Shown here piece by piece: positions 37,457 to 48,124 of a stretch of 64,000 nucleotides of DNA (the first letter of the stretch is position 1; every line of letters starts with the position of its first letter). Origin of the DNA: an uncultured Parachlamydiaceae bacterium (GTDB lineage Bacteria; Chlamydiota; Chlamydiia; Chlamydiales; Parachlamydiaceae); assembly GCA_963801335.1 (NCBI GenBank), contig CAWDEQ010000001.1:1452237-1516236 (forward strand), given 5' to 3'. The position numbers and the translations under genes are program-made. The notes under the pieces are model-generated. The model did no database searches. It was given only the letters and a program-made list of their open reading frames with translations, and was not told the DNA's origin.

Positions 37457-37957
37457 ATGGCAAAAAGTAGTGAAAACCCGAAAAAAGAAAAAGCGAATAG
37501 CGAGTTTACTGAAAAAGTACTCTATATCAACCGCTGCGCAAAAGTCGTGAAAGGCGGACGCAAATTCAGCTTTTCTGCGTTGATTCTCGTTGGCGACGCC
37601 AAAGGAAGAATCGGTTATGGATTCGCAAAAGCGAATGAATTGACCGACGCAATCCGCAAAGGCGGCGAAGCGGCGCGCAAACACATGCAAAGCTTCCCTT
37701 TAGAGGGCTCCACAATCCCGCATGAAATCATGGTTCATTGGGACGGAGCGACCGTGCTCCTCAAACCTGCCCAACAAGGCGCCGGCGTGATCGCAGGATC
37801 CAAAGTGCGGGCCGTCCTCGAAATGGCTGGGATCAAAGACGTCATGGCAAAAAGCCTCGGCTCCAGTAACCCCATCAATATCGTCAAAGCCACCTTCAGA
37901 GCACTGACAAAATTGCGCAAGCGCGAAACAATCAAACAGATGCGAGGTGCCGCATGA
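37457..37957 (+). CDS. rpsE: 30S ribosomal protein S5
   Basis: Motifs INRCAKVVKGGRKFSFSALILVGDAKGRIGYGFAKA and GAGVIAGSKVRAVLEMAGIKDV. Confidence 0.97.
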   Translation: MAKSSENPKKEKANSEFTEKVLYINRCAKVVKGGRKFSFSALILVGDAKGRIGYGFAKANELTDAIRKGGEAARKHMQSFPLEGSTIPHEIMVHWDGATVLLKPAQQGAGVIAGSKVRAVLEMAGIKDVMAKSLGSSNPINIVKATFRALTKLRKRETIKQMRGAA

Positions 37958-38406
37958 TGAATCTAGGAAAACTACAAGATACAAGCAGAGAGCGCAAGCC
38001 GCGCAAACGCGTGGGGCGCGGACCTGGATCTGGAGTAGGCAAAACGTGCGGGCGCGGTGAAAAGGGCGCAGGAGCCCGTTCAGGCTATAAGCGACGCTTT
38101 GGCTATGAGGGCGGACGCTTTCCCCTTTACCGAAAAGTTCCTTGCCGCGGATTTAGCAATGCCCGCTTCAGAAAAGCTTATGACGCCATCAACCTCAGCC
38201 AGATCGACGCCCTCTTCAGCGATGGAGAAGTGGTAAGCGCCGAAACGCTGACAGAAAAAGGCTACCTCAGCGGACCCACCTATGGAATTAAAATCCTAGG
38301 GGAAGGCGAACTGAATAAGAAAGTGACCCTCGAAATTGAAGGCCTTTCCGAAACGGCACGCGAGAAATTAGAAAAAGCAAAGATTAAATACACAGTGAAA
38401 TCCTAA
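37954..38406 (+). CDS. rplO: 50S ribosomal protein L15
   Basis: Motif [26 protein letters not shown]. It overlaps the rpsE stop. Confidence 0.95.
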   Translation: MMNLGKLQDTSRERKPRKRVGRGPGSGVGKTCGRGEKGAGARSGYKRRFGYEGGRFPLYRKVPCRGFSNARFRKAYDAINLSQIDALFSDGEVVSAETLTEKGYLSGPTYGIKILGEGELNKKVTLEIEGLSETAREKLEKAKIKYTVKS

Positions 38407-38441
38407 AGCGATTTCCACAACTTCACCCCACAGGTGGGCTC

Positions 38442-39815
38442 ATGCTGCGCGAACTTCAAAAAGTATTTCAAGTACCGGAATTACGGCAAAAGATCCTCTT
38501 CACGATCATGATGCTTGCCGTTTTCCGCATTGGAGGCTTCATCCCAGTCCCCGGCATCAACGGAGAAATTGCCGTGCAATTTTTCCGGCATGCTACCGGA
38601 GGAGGCCAAAACCTCTTCCAAATGCTGGATAACTTCTCAGGCGGAGCCTTCTCCCAGATGACCGTCTTTGCGTTGGGCGTCATCCCCTATATCTCAGCAT
38701 CCATCATCCTGAACCTGCTCGTCGCCCTAGTGCCATCGCTCCAGCGCGAAATCCGGGAAAATAGCGAGCAAGGAAAACGCAAAATCAACAAGATGACCCG
38801 CCTCCTTACGGTCGGCTTAGCTTTTGTCCATTCCCTCTTTTTTGCTAAATACGCCGTCCAAATGAATTATGCCCGCCCCGGAATCGTCAACCCCGAATTG
38901 CTCGATATCCAGATTTTTGGGATCCCCCTCCTTTTCTACCTCATCGTGATCTTTACGATGACGACAGGAACGGTATTCCTCATGTGGATTGGAGAGCAAA
39001 TCACCGAAAGAGGCATTGGCAATGGCATGAGCCTGATCATCTCAGTGGGTATTCTTTCTTCCTTGCCCTCCGCTTTGGGCATCATCTGGCAGCAGCTTAA
39101 CCTAGATTCACAAGAACCCGGCCAGATGAACTTCGCCACTGTCCTCGTCCTATTCTCCCTCTTTGTCATCGTCACACTCGGCACCATCCTCATCATTCAA
39201 GGACAAAGGCGCATCCCTCTGCAGTATGCAAGGCGAGTCGTCGGACGCAAAGAGGTCCAAGGCGGCAGCTCCTATATCCCCCTCAAAGTCAACTACGCCG
39301 GCGTCATACCCGTCATCTTCGCCTCTTCGCTGCTCATGTTCCCAGCAACCATAGCGACCTTCTTAGGCACCGGAAATTGGTTAGGCGAAGCCGCCAGCTG
39401 GCTATCCCCTGGCAACACACTCTATTTGATGCTATTCGTTTCCCTCATCATCTTCTTCACCTACTTCTGGACAGCCACCCAGTTCCGGCCCGATCAAATC
39501 GCCTCGGACATGAAGAAAAATGGAGCTTTCGTGCCAGGAATCAGACAAGGGAAGCCCACCCAAGATTATTTAGAAGATACCATGAGCAAGGTCACCTTGC
39601 TCGGAGCCCTCTGCTTAGCGCTTCTCGCCGTCCTGCCTACAATTATTGGACGCATGATGAGCATCCCGCCAACAATCAGCTATTTTTTTGGAGGAACGTC
39701 CCTCTTGATTTTGGTCGGAGTCGTACTCGATACAATGAAACAAATCGAATCCCATCTGCTCATGAAGCGATATGAAGGCTTCATGAAGCGTGGAAGAGTA
39801 AGAGGACGTACGTAA
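38442..39815 (+). CDS. secY: Preprotein translocase subunit SecY
   Basis: 457 aa with 10 TM segments. Motifs [28 protein letters not shown] and [15 protein letters not shown]. Confidence 0.97.
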   Translation: MLRELQKVFQVPELRQKILFTIMMLAVFRIGGFIPVPGINGEIAVQFFRHATGGGQNLFQMLDNFSGGAFSQMTVFALGVIPYISASIILNLLVALVPSLQREIRENSEQGKRKINKMTRLLTVGLAFVHSLFFAKYAVQMNYARPGIVNPELLDIQIFGIPLLFYLIVIFTMTTGTVFLMWIGEQITERGIGNGMSLIISVGILSSLPSALGIIWQQLNLDSQEPGQMNFATVLVLFSLFVIVTLGTILIIQGQRRIPLQYARRVVGRKEVQGGSSYIPLKVNYAGVIPVIFASSLLMFPATIATFLGTGNWLGEAASWLSPGNTLYLMLFVSLIIFFTYFWTATQFRPDQIASDMKKNGAFVPGIRQGKPTQDYLEDTMSKVTLLGALCLALLAVLPTIIGRMMSIPPTISYFFGGTSLLILVGVVLDTMKQIESHLLMKRYEGFMKRGRVRGRT

Positions 39816-39872
39816 ACATTTGCTTTAAAAAGCTAAATGTGATAAAGTTTAACGCAATATTAGGAGAATTCA

Positions 39873-40241
39873 ATGCCTAGAGTTATCGGTATCGACATAC
39901 CAGATAATAAGAGATTAGAAATCAGCTTGACCTATATCTTTGGAGTCGGTCGCGCCCTTTCTAATGAGATTATTAGTAAGCTGGGTCTGGATAAAAATAT
40001 GCGAGCCCATAAGCTAACCCAAGATGATATCGCGCGTATCAATAATTTGCTGCAATCTGAATATACAGTGGAAGGAGATCTTCGACGCCAGGTTCAGAAT
40101 AACATCAAGCGTTTGGTCAGCATCCACTCCTATCGTGGGCTGCGCCACCGAACAGGCTTGCCAGTCCGCGGACAGCGAACACGCACCAATTCCAGGACGC
40201 GCAAAGGCCGCCGCAAAACTGTTGCCAATAAGAAAAAATAA
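39873..40241 (+). CDS. rpsM: 30S ribosomal protein S13
   Basis: Motifs PRVIGIDIPDNKRLEISLTYIFGVG and YRGLRHRTGLPVRGQRTRTNSRT. Confidence 0.97.
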   Translation: MPRVIGIDIPDNKRLEISLTYIFGVGRALSNEIISKLGLDKNMRAHKLTQDDIARINNLLQSEYTVEGDLRRQVQNNIKRLVSIHSYRGLRHRTGLPVRGQRTRTNSRTRKGRRKTVANKKK

Positions 40242-40259
40242 GTAGAGGAGTCCTGAACT

Positions 40260-40670
40260 TTGTCTAAGCTACCTGCAACACCAAAAAAAACAACCATCAA
40301 ACCGAAGAAAAGAGCCGGGCAGCACGTCCCATCGGGAGTCGCGCACGTCAAAGCCTCTTTTAACAATACGATCGTCACAATTACAGATCCCGCAGGGAAC
40401 GTCCTTGCCTGGGCATCCGCTGGAAAAGTGAACTTTTCAGGATCCCGCAAATCCTCCGCTTTTGCAGCTACAGTCGCTGCGCAAGATGCTGGAAAGGTCG
40501 CCATGACCCAGGGAATGAAAGAAGTAGAAGTCAACCTGAAAGGGCCAGGCGCAGGCCGGGAGTCCGCCGTTAGGGGATTGCAAAGCGCCGGGCTGCTCAT
40601 CACCGCTATTCGAGATGTAACCCCAGTGCCGCACAATGGATGCCGCGCGCGAAAAAGGCGCCGCGTCTAA
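40260..40670 (+). CDS. rpsK: 30S ribosomal protein S11
   Basis: Motifs [22 protein letters not shown] and [23 protein letters not shown]. The apparent TTG start is about 10 nt after a GAGGAG RBS. Confidence 0.93.
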   Translation: MSKLPATPKKTTIKPKKRAGQHVPSGVAHVKASFNNTIVTITDPAGNVLAWASAGKVNFSGSRKSSAFAATVAAQDAGKVAMTQGMKEVEVNLKGPGAGRESAVRGLQSAGLLITAIRDVTPVPHNGCRARKRRRV

Positions 40671-40712
40671 GCCCCAACAAATTAGAATTATCAATTATTT
40701 AGGAGATGTCTC

Positions 40713-41828
40713 ATGACAGTCAAGTACGGTAAGTTCGAAATGCCTCAGAAAATCACAGTCGATGAACAAACCGCGACCACTACTTTTGCCCGGTTCGTCG
40801 CTGAACCCTTTGAAAGAGGATTTGGACATACAATCGGAAATTCCATGCGCCGCATGATGCTGTCATCTCTCGAGGCTCCGGCCATCATTTCCGTTCGCAT
40901 CGAAGGCATCCCTCATGAATACATGGCGATCGAAGGCATTGCCGAGGATATGACCAACATCATCCTCAATCTTAAGGGTTCCCTTTTGCGAAAACTCACC
41001 ATGGAAGATATTCCTAATGTCCGTGACACCCGCATTTTGACCAACATCATTGAAATTTCTCAGGAAGATCTCGACCGCAATAAAGGTCAAATCAATATCA
41101 CGCTCGCCGACATCATCACTGCTGGGAATTATGATATCGTCAATCCAGACCTGCATATCTTGACCGTGACAAAGCCGATGAAGCGGCAAATCGACCTCCG
41201 CATCGCCATAGGCCGAGGCTATGTCCCTTCCGAGCGACACCTCGTCCGCGATAAGACCGCCGATGAGATCCTCATCGACGCCGCCTTTTCCCCCGTCAGG
41301 ATGGTCAACTACTACGTCGAAAATACCCGCGTCGGCCAAGACACCGACTTTGACCGCCTGATCGTCGAAGTCACGACAGATGGCCGCGTCACCCCATTTG
41401 AAGCCTTGAGTTTTGCAGCCCAAATCGGCATGAAGCACTTCGAAGTCTTCACCAAAGTCAAAGCTCACCCCCTTAGCTTCGACGAAGGAGGAGGCGAAGG
41501 CGAAGGCGGCCAAGATGAAATCATGGAAAAACTGTGCCTCCGCATCGATGAAATCGAATTATCCGTCCGATCCACCAATTGTTTGAGCGGCGCCAATATC
41601 GATACCATCGCGGAACTCGTTTCCATCCCCGAGAGAAAAATGTTGGAATTCCGCAATTTTGGAAAGAAATCGCTCAATGAGATCAAGGCGAAACTCAATG
41701 AAATGGGCCTTTCCCTTGGCATGGACCTTGGCCGTTACGGCATTACCCCCGATAACGTGAAAGATAAGATCCGCCAGTTGCAGGAAGAGCGCAAAGGCAA
41801 AAAAGAGATGACAAAGGTTGAAGAGTAA
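40713..41828 (+). CDS. rpoA: DNA-directed RNA polymerase alpha subunit
   Basis: N-terminal domain motifs ([21 protein letters not shown]), a C-terminal domain HhH ([22 protein letters not shown]) and a Gly/Glu-rich linker. Confidence 0.97.
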   Translation: MTVKYGKFEMPQKITVDEQTATTTFARFVAEPFERGFGHTIGNSMRRMMLSSLEAPAIISVRIEGIPHEYMAIEGIAEDMTNIILNLKGSLLRKLTMEDIPNVRDTRILTNIIEISQEDLDRNKGQINITLADIITAGNYDIVNPDLHILTVTKPMKRQIDLRIAIGRGYVPSERHLVRDKTADEILIDAAFSPVRMVNYYVENTRVGQDTDFDRLIVEVTTDGRVTPFEALSFAAQIGMKHFEVFTKVKAHPLSFDEGGGEGEGGQDEIMEKLCLRIDEIELSVRSTNCLSGANIDTIAELVSIPERKMLEFRNFGKKSLNEIKAKLNEMGLSLGMDLGRYGITPDNVKDKIRQLQEERKGKKEMTKVEE

Positions 41829-41839
41829 AAGGTGATAAA

Positions 41840-42268
41840 ATGAGACACTTAAAAGATACATGTAAATTAAACAGAACATCGTCCCATAGGCGCTGCCTCT
41901 TTGCGAATATGCTTAAGTCTTTGATAGAAAGCGGTCGAATCGTGACCACTCTACCCAAAGCTAAGGCCCTTCGCCGCCATGCAGACCGTATGATCACCCT
42001 GGCAAAGAAAAATACATTAGCCACGCGGCGCCGCGCCATCAGCGCGCTTATGATTCGCTTTAATCATTTGACTGATAAAGAGGAACGCGCCGCAAAGAGT
42101 GGCGATAAGAGTTCCTATAACACAGACCGGCAAGTCATCGAAAAGTTGTTTGGGGAGCTAGGCCCCCGCTTTGCAAGCCGCAATGGCGGATACACCCGCA
42201 TCATTAAGCATAACCGCCGCATCGGCGACAATGCCCAAACCTGCATCATCGAATACCTTTCTGAATAG
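41840..42268 (+). CDS. rplQ: 50S ribosomal protein L17
   Basis: Motifs [40 protein letters not shown] and GGYTRIIK. Confidence 0.95.
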   Translation: MRHLKDTCKLNRTSSHRRCLFANMLKSLIESGRIVTTLPKAKALRRHADRMITLAKKNTLATRRRAISALMIRFNHLTDKEERAAKSGDKSSYNTDRQVIEKLFGELGPRFASRNGGYTRIIKHNRRIGDNAQTCIIEYLSE

Positions 42269-42331
42269 AGAATTTTGCCTTTACTTTCCACTTCGGCTAC
42301 GCTATGATAGAAGATAAAGAGACCGGAGTAA

Positions 42332-43363
<1,032 letters not shown>

Positions 43364-43400
43364 TTTATACCACTAACCTTTTAACAATGGATGGCATAAA

Positions 43401-44249
43401 GTGGATTTTACACGTGAACCCATTATTGAAACCATTATCACCCCGAAGGAAGGGTGCAAATTGGTCGTCAGGAGCAGTAAGAGCGCGGGGCAAGAGGAAT
43501 ATTTTGTTGATGCCCTAGAAGTCGTTTCTTTTGGAGGACAGTCGTTTTTTCGATCTTTAGAAAGGCCCAAGGCCTTTTTGGTTCCCACATCAGATTATGA
43601 AGTGCTCGAAGTGCGCGAAGCCCGCATGGTTTTGAAGAACGTCGGATTAGACCGTTCCATTAAGATTGGCGGAGGCCGCGAAGCGGCGATGCGTCCAACC
43701 AGAGAACCAGCTCCGGAAAAACCAGAGGCAGCAGCCGTTGCGGAAGAAGCTGAAGCCGGCAGCCCTGAAAAAGCAGAAGGCGGAGGCCGTGGCGACAAAA
43801 AGCGGGATCGCCGCCGCAATTATCGCCGCCGTAGAGGCCGTGATGAAGCCCCTTTAAAAGAGGGCGCAGCTGAGGAAGAAGCGGTAGTACGATCCGAGGA
43901 AGGCAAAGTTGAGGCACCTAGCCCAGCTAGGGAAGAGGGAGCAGTAGCTGCCCCATCAGTTATACCCTCGCTTTTGCCCCCGCCGCCCACTCTCATTTCA
44001 GAGACGATAGCTCGGTATAAGGACAATGCCCTTTTTAAGGGGGCTTTTTATACCCGGGAAGAAGTGAAGGAGGCAGAAGCCAAGACTGAGGGAGAAACCC
44101 TTCCCTTGGCCCAGCCCGAGTATGGTTCCTTTGAGATGACAGAGGATGCGGAGGAAGAGGTCTATCGGCAGCGCCATCGGGCGATGTTGGAAGAGACTTC
44201 AGAGACCACACCCCTTGGTGAGGATGTTCCCAACGGTAACAATCCCTAA
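43401..44249 (+). CDS. Conserved hypothetical protein with Arg/Glu/Ala-rich low-complexity linker
   Basis: 282 aa with a GTG start. A structured N-terminal part of about 90 aa is followed by EKPEAAAVAEEAEAGSPEKAEGGGRGDKKRDRRRNYRRRRGRDE. Its position after gapA equals the slot of a conserved hypothetical gene in Chlamydia. Confidence 0.6.
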   Translation: MDFTREPIIETIITPKEGCKLVVRSSKSAGQEEYFVDALEVVSFGGQSFFRSLERPKAFLVPTSDYEVLEVREARMVLKNVGLDRSIKIGGGREAAMRPTREPAPEKPEAAAVAEEAEAGSPEKAEGGGRGDKKRDRRRNYRRRRGRDEAPLKEGAAEEEAVVRSEEGKVEAPSPAREEGAVAAPSVIPSLLPPPPTLISETIARYKDNALFKGAFYTREEVKEAEAKTEGETLPLAQPEYGSFEMTEDAEEEVYRQRHRAMLEETSETTPLGEDVPNGNNP

Positions 44250-44256
44250 AAAATCT

Positions 44257-44291
44257 GGCTAAGCGGACCCCAGTCTGCTTAGCCTTTCTTT
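44257..44291 (+). terminator. Rho-independent terminator candidate
   Basis: ggctaagc (44257-44264) pairs with gcttagcc (44277-44284), followed by tttcttt. Confidence 0.5.
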
Positions 44292-44315
44292 AGCAATTTC
44301 CCCTGCAATTTCGCC

Positions 44316-44345
44316 TTGACAGATTTGGTAGAAAGGCCTTATTGT
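44316..44345 (+). promoter_or_regulatory. Promoter candidate for tRNA-Leu
   Basis: TTGACA (44316-44321), a 17-18-nt spacer, then TTATTG/TATTGT. It ends about 17 nt upstream of the tRNA 5' end. Confidence 0.3.
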
Positions 44346-44361
44346 GTCCTTTATTTCCGAC

Positions 44362-44445
44362 GCTCGGATGGTGGAATGGTAGACACTAGGGACTTAAAAT
44401 CCCTTGGGCTTTTTGCCCGTGCTGGTTCGAGTCCAGTTCCGAGCA
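44362..44445 (+). tRNA. tRNA-Leu (anticodon UAA)
   Basis: Hand-folded. The acceptor gctcgga pairs with tccgagc, with discriminator A. The D arm is gtg-gaatggtaga-cac. The anticodon stem aggga pairs with tccct, with loop cTTAAaa. There is a long variable arm (gggc-ttttt-gccc) and a T arm ctgg-ttcgagt-ccag. No CCA is encoded. Confidence 0.9.
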
Positions 44446-44447
44446 AT
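44391..44447 (+). repeat. attL: 57-bp core shared with 62232-62288 (3' part of tRNA-Leu)
   Basis: This perfect 57/57 direct repeat runs from the anticodon stem to 2 nt past the tRNA 3' end. The flanking bases differ on both sides. Confidence 0.9.
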
Positions 44448-44724
44448 CTCTGACTAAGGGATTTAGAAAAGGGAAATATCCCTCAAATGGTTAGAATGGA
44501 TTCTTTTCACCATTTTTTCGCCACTCATTCACAACACGAACCGACAAATGGCAATAATGAAAAGGTTCGCATATGTTGTATTTGACTGGAGAAAATTTGG
44601 CAAAAAATCCTGACTTTTCAGGTTCATTATCACTAGTTCTCGAGTGGAAAATCACAAAGACCCATGGGATTATCTATCCCATGGGTTATTTTTTTTGCAA
44701 AAAATTTGACCAAGGAGAGATCAA

Positions 44725-45773
44725 ATGGCAACAATAACACAACGCAAAGATAAAGACGGAAAGATTCGATTTTATGTGCGGATTAGGATGAAAGGAAATC
44801 CGCCTGAGCATGCTTCATTTTAAGCGAAAAAAGGATGCTGAACGATGGATCCAGCGAACAGAATCTGCAATGAGGGAGGGACGTCACTTCAAAACGTCCG
44901 AGGCAAAGAAGCATAGTCTAAGTGAGCTCATTGATCGATATATATGCTTTGTCCTTCCTACAAAGAAAGAAAAGTATCCCCAAACAAACAGCTCAGCTTC
45001 ACTGGTGGAAAAAGAAAATCGGGCATTATCTTCTTTCAGACATTACCCCATCTCTTATTGCCGAGCAAAGAGACAATCTTCTTAGAGAGGTCACCAACCG
45101 GGGAGAATTTAGAAGTGCAGCTACAGCTGTAAGATACATGGCCGCTTTGTCACATGCATTTACTGTCGCCGTCAAAGAATGGGGATGGATTGATGATTCA
45201 ATCGTAAAGTCACAAAACCAAAAGAACCGAGGTAGAGTTAGATTCTTAGATGAGGATGAAAGAACAAGATTATTGGCAGCTTGCAGGAAAGTCAAAATCC
45301 TTATCTCTATACATCATTGTATTGGCCTATCCACAGGTATGCGTCAAGGAGAAATTCTGAATCTCAAGTGGTCTGATGTAGATATCGAAAGGGGGCGGGT
45401 AATCCTACACGAGACTAAAAACGGGGAAATTCGTCAAGTGCTATTGCTGGGCATGCTTTGGAGCTAGTTAAGCAATTAGATAAAGTTCGACGAATTGATA
45501 CGCATTTATTATTTCCTGCAAAAAATCCGCAAAGCCTTGGATATGCGTACAGCTTGGGAGGCCGCTGTGAAGCGAACGAAGATCACAAATCTTCGATTTC
45601 ATGATTTACGCCATTCTTGCGCATCCTATCTTGCAATGGGAGGAGCCAGTCTTGCTGAGATTGCTGAGGTTCTTGGTCACAAAACCCTTGCGATGGTGAA
45701 ACGTTATGCGCACCTCTCTGACACACATACAGCGGGTGTTGTAGCCAAAATGAACGAAAAAATCTTTGGGTGA
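44725..45773 (+). pseudogene. Tyrosine recombinase (phage integrase), multiply frameshifted
   Basis: RBS aaggagag plus an ATG at 44725. The homology runs through at least four frames or segments: MATITQRKDKDGKIRFYVRIRMKGNPPEHASF / KRKKDAERWIQ... / ...LSTGMRQGEILNLKWSDVDIERGRVILHETKNGEIR / ...LRFHDLRHSCASYLAMGG...LGHKTLAMVKRYAHL. The catalytic R, HxxR and Y boxes are recognisable but sit in different frames. Confidence 0.85.
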
Positions 45774-45855
45774 TGGTATGGATTACACATCTAGTTCCTC
45801 CATCAGATGAAGAGATATTGAAGACAGATTTTATTGGAACTCATGAAGCTGCTTT

Positions 45856-46653
45856 TTGGCTTGTAGGATGGCCAAGGAAGGGGATTCTGAATATTATCCC
45901 GATCCTACGGTTCCATTTTACCCTGATAAATATGGGATAGAATTTCAGTCAGTATTTGAGGATTTGGAAGAATCAATAAAGAGGCATTATTTACGAGCAA
46001 AAATGACCACTAGTATTCCAGGTCTCTTGCATGCAGTGAGACCTAAAGATGTTCTAATATGGGCACTTGAGAAGGGTAGGATACCATCACGTCTTTTGAC
46101 TTTAACCGGGTTTCGACAAATTGATGACGAAACGAATTGGCCAAGATCTAAACGTGCTATAATCAATAAAATAGTTTTCCAGTGTATCTATAACGAACAT
46201 CCTCATTTGATTTCTCAAAGAGACTTTTTAAACCATCCCTGGATAGGTAAATATGGTGAAAAATCCTATTATCAAAATGGGGAACTAAAGGCTTTGAAAA
46301 AACAATTAAAAGAAGCATTGGGATTCAAGGCAGATCGTGGAAAAAATGAATCCAAAGCGAAGTTATCTCTAAAGCAGATCGAGGAAATAATGCGTGTGGA
46401 TAACGATTGTGTACAATATAGCCTGAGAGCATTTCAAACTTTCATTTCCATTGTTTGCCGTGTAAAAAAAGATCTATTGGAAACAAGTCCACATAAAATA
46501 AGAGAAATTACCCCTGAGGCATTTATGGAAAGTGTTTATCACTATAAAATTGTCGTTCCATATCTTGAACAGGCCCCATCAATTCTTTTGGAGGAAGTGA
46601 GGAGAATTTGTTTGCTCTACGTCCCGGAAATTCTAATACGATATTTAAGTTAA
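45856..46653 (+). CDS. Hypothetical island protein
   Basis: 265-aa ORF with no recognisable motif. A 27-codon ORF starting at the ATG at 45773 (overlapping the integrase stop) may be its displaced N-terminus, with the shift at a T5 run at 45853-45857. Confidence 0.5.
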   Translation: MACRMAKEGDSEYYPDPTVPFYPDKYGIEFQSVFEDLEESIKRHYLRAKMTTSIPGLLHAVRPKDVLIWALEKGRIPSRLLTLTGFRQIDDETNWPRSKRAIINKIVFQCIYNEHPHLISQRDFLNHPWIGKYGEKSYYQNGELKALKKQLKEALGFKADRGKNESKAKLSLKQIEEIMRVDNDCVQYSLRAFQTFISIVCRVKKDLLETSPHKIREITPEAFMESVYHYKIVVPYLEQAPSILLEEVRRICLLYVPEILIRYLS

Positions 46654-46798
46654 ATCGCCATTTAAAAAAAAGGTTGTAATTGAGTTGACTATTCACAAGT
46701 ACGCATGAATTCCAGTAGGTTATTGCTAATTTCAGTGAGAGTATTTAGATCGTCGCTGAAAACCAAAAAGATAATGCTTTAGAAGCAAAGGAGGAAGT

Positions 46799-47101
46799 AT
46801 GACCGTAGGAATGAATAGAATGGAGTTAATCAAGGATCCTACACAAGAATTTAAAGTCAACATGGTTGATGCAGACAAGGGGGACTGGAGAAAGGAACTA
46901 AAAGAAAAGAGTGAAACAAAAGTCTGCAACGTTCCAAGGTTTATGACAATAAAACAATGGGTTTCAGCTTTTGGATATATACCTGAGGGTGGTCTTAGAC
47001 ATTTATTGTTTACCAATGAAAGCTTTAATAAAAGAGTTGCAAAACGGATTGGCAGAAAAGTGCTTCTCGATGTTACTGCAACTAGAGGATTGGATCATTG
47101 A
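46799..47101 (+). CDS. HTH DNA-binding protein (excisionase/AlpA-like), possibly frameshifted at the C-terminus
   Basis: RFMTIKQWVSAFGYIPEGGLRHLLFTNESFNKRVAKRIGRKVLLDV fits an HTH_17-type pattern. An alternative frame after about 47085 reads LEDWIIEQN, the expected ending. Confidence 0.45.
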   Translation: MTVGMNRMELIKDPTQEFKVNMVDADKGDWRKELKEKSETKVCNVPRFMTIKQWVSAFGYIPEGGLRHLLFTNESFNKRVAKRIGRKVLLDVTATRGLDH

Positions 47102-47417
47102 GCAGAACAGCATAAGAGCCACAAAACACAACTGATCACAATAGAAAACAGCTTGAGGATATGTTTTGGAAAGATTTTGCTTAAATAATTAGTCCAATTA
47201 TGCAAGAATGAGTATTTAGAATTTTAAGGTTATGAAGACTTCCAGGGATGCTGGAAAATAAAAAGAGAAAATGCCATGCAGGTTAAATGAATTTTGAGAA
47301 ACAAAATGCCGCAAAGATGCTCGAACATTCCTTGCGGCCAAAGGCTGATTTAGACCCCAGCATTTGTTTCAACATGTTAGCATGAAATTCCTTGTGTTTC
47401 AATGGTAAAAAAATAAA

Positions 47418-47445
47418 TTGACACACGAGGAAGGTTCGCTATTCA
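47418..47445 (+). promoter_or_regulatory. Promoter candidate in the island regulatory gap
   Basis: TTGACA (47418-47423), a 16-nt spacer, then TATTCA (47440-47445), about 45 nt upstream of the ATG at 47489. Confidence 0.3.
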
Positions 47446-47488
47446 TCTTTTCCTGTAGGGCATTACCTTAAATTATTAAGGGGATGCT

Positions 47489-47734
47489 ATGACAACAGAA
47501 CTTCAAGATTCCTTAATTCAAGAGCTTGTTACAAGACTTGGGGATAAGGAATTTTATTCAGTTTCCGAACTCGTGACGATTGGCTTTTTCGGATCGAAGC
47601 CTGGAGCTCGGTTAGCGCTAAGGCAAGGGGCTCTTACTTTTATTCGAATATCTCCTCGTCGTATTGCAATTCCTAAACAAGCCTTGATTGCCTTTCTGCG
47701 TGATAACCTCGAGGAAAACATATGCCTGAAATAA
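47489..47734 (+). CDS. HTH DNA-binding protein (excisionase-like)
   Basis: 81 aa. YSVSELVTIGFFGSKPGARLALRQGALTFIRISPRRIAIPKQALIAFL resembles MerR/excisionase-type HTH proteins. It has the RBS aagggg. Confidence 0.5.
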   Translation: MTTELQDSLIQELVTRLGDKEFYSVSELVTIGFFGSKPGARLALRQGALTFIRISPRRIAIPKQALIAFLRDNLEENICLK

Positions 47735-48124
47735 AAAAGGCCGGGAATGTGTCAGCGGCCGACGATGCATCGATTTTTAGCATGCCCTTAAGTATAGGCG
47801 ATGGGGGCATTTTACTGGAAGCTAAACCATCTCTTAAGATAATCCTCTCCAATAACATTCTCATTCAATCGCCACCTGATGCCATCCTAGATGAGATTAT
47901 CAAGGAAAACACTTTCCAGAATCCAAAATTTTTCTGCGAATGAGCAGCACGGTTATTCCAATTGGAACGTTTCCCCTACAATCAAGACTTATCAATTTAT
48001 GGGCAGTAGCCTGATATTGCCCAAGGGGTATTTTGGCCAATTATTGACTGTATGCAAAGAGGATGGCCTTAATCCTGAAATCGATGACAAGCGGACAGTT
48101 AACTCAATCAAATTTCCGCGATAA
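47722..48124 (+). pseudogene. Disrupted N-terminal region of the SF2 helicase gene
   Basis: Two ORF pieces (47722..47943 and 47891..48124) join through a frameshift at the run aaaattttt (about 47926-47934). The second piece is in frame with the helicase core but separated from it by a TAA at 48122-48124. Confidence 0.6.

Noticed and set aside
29959-42268. Absence of rpsJ, rpsN, rpmD, adk, map, infA, rpmJ and rpsD from the ribosomal cluster, considered as deletions.
   Set aside because: This reduced layout is the normal arrangement in Chlamydiae as far as I know. The gene junctions here are tight (overlaps or short spacers) with no scars.
43595-44026. Several 60-85-aa ORFs on both strands within the low-complexity part of 43401..44249.
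   Set aside because: The repetitive GC-rich (GAA/GCN/CGN) sequence keeps several frames open. Only the long plus-strand frame has a plausible N-terminal domain and a syntenic position.
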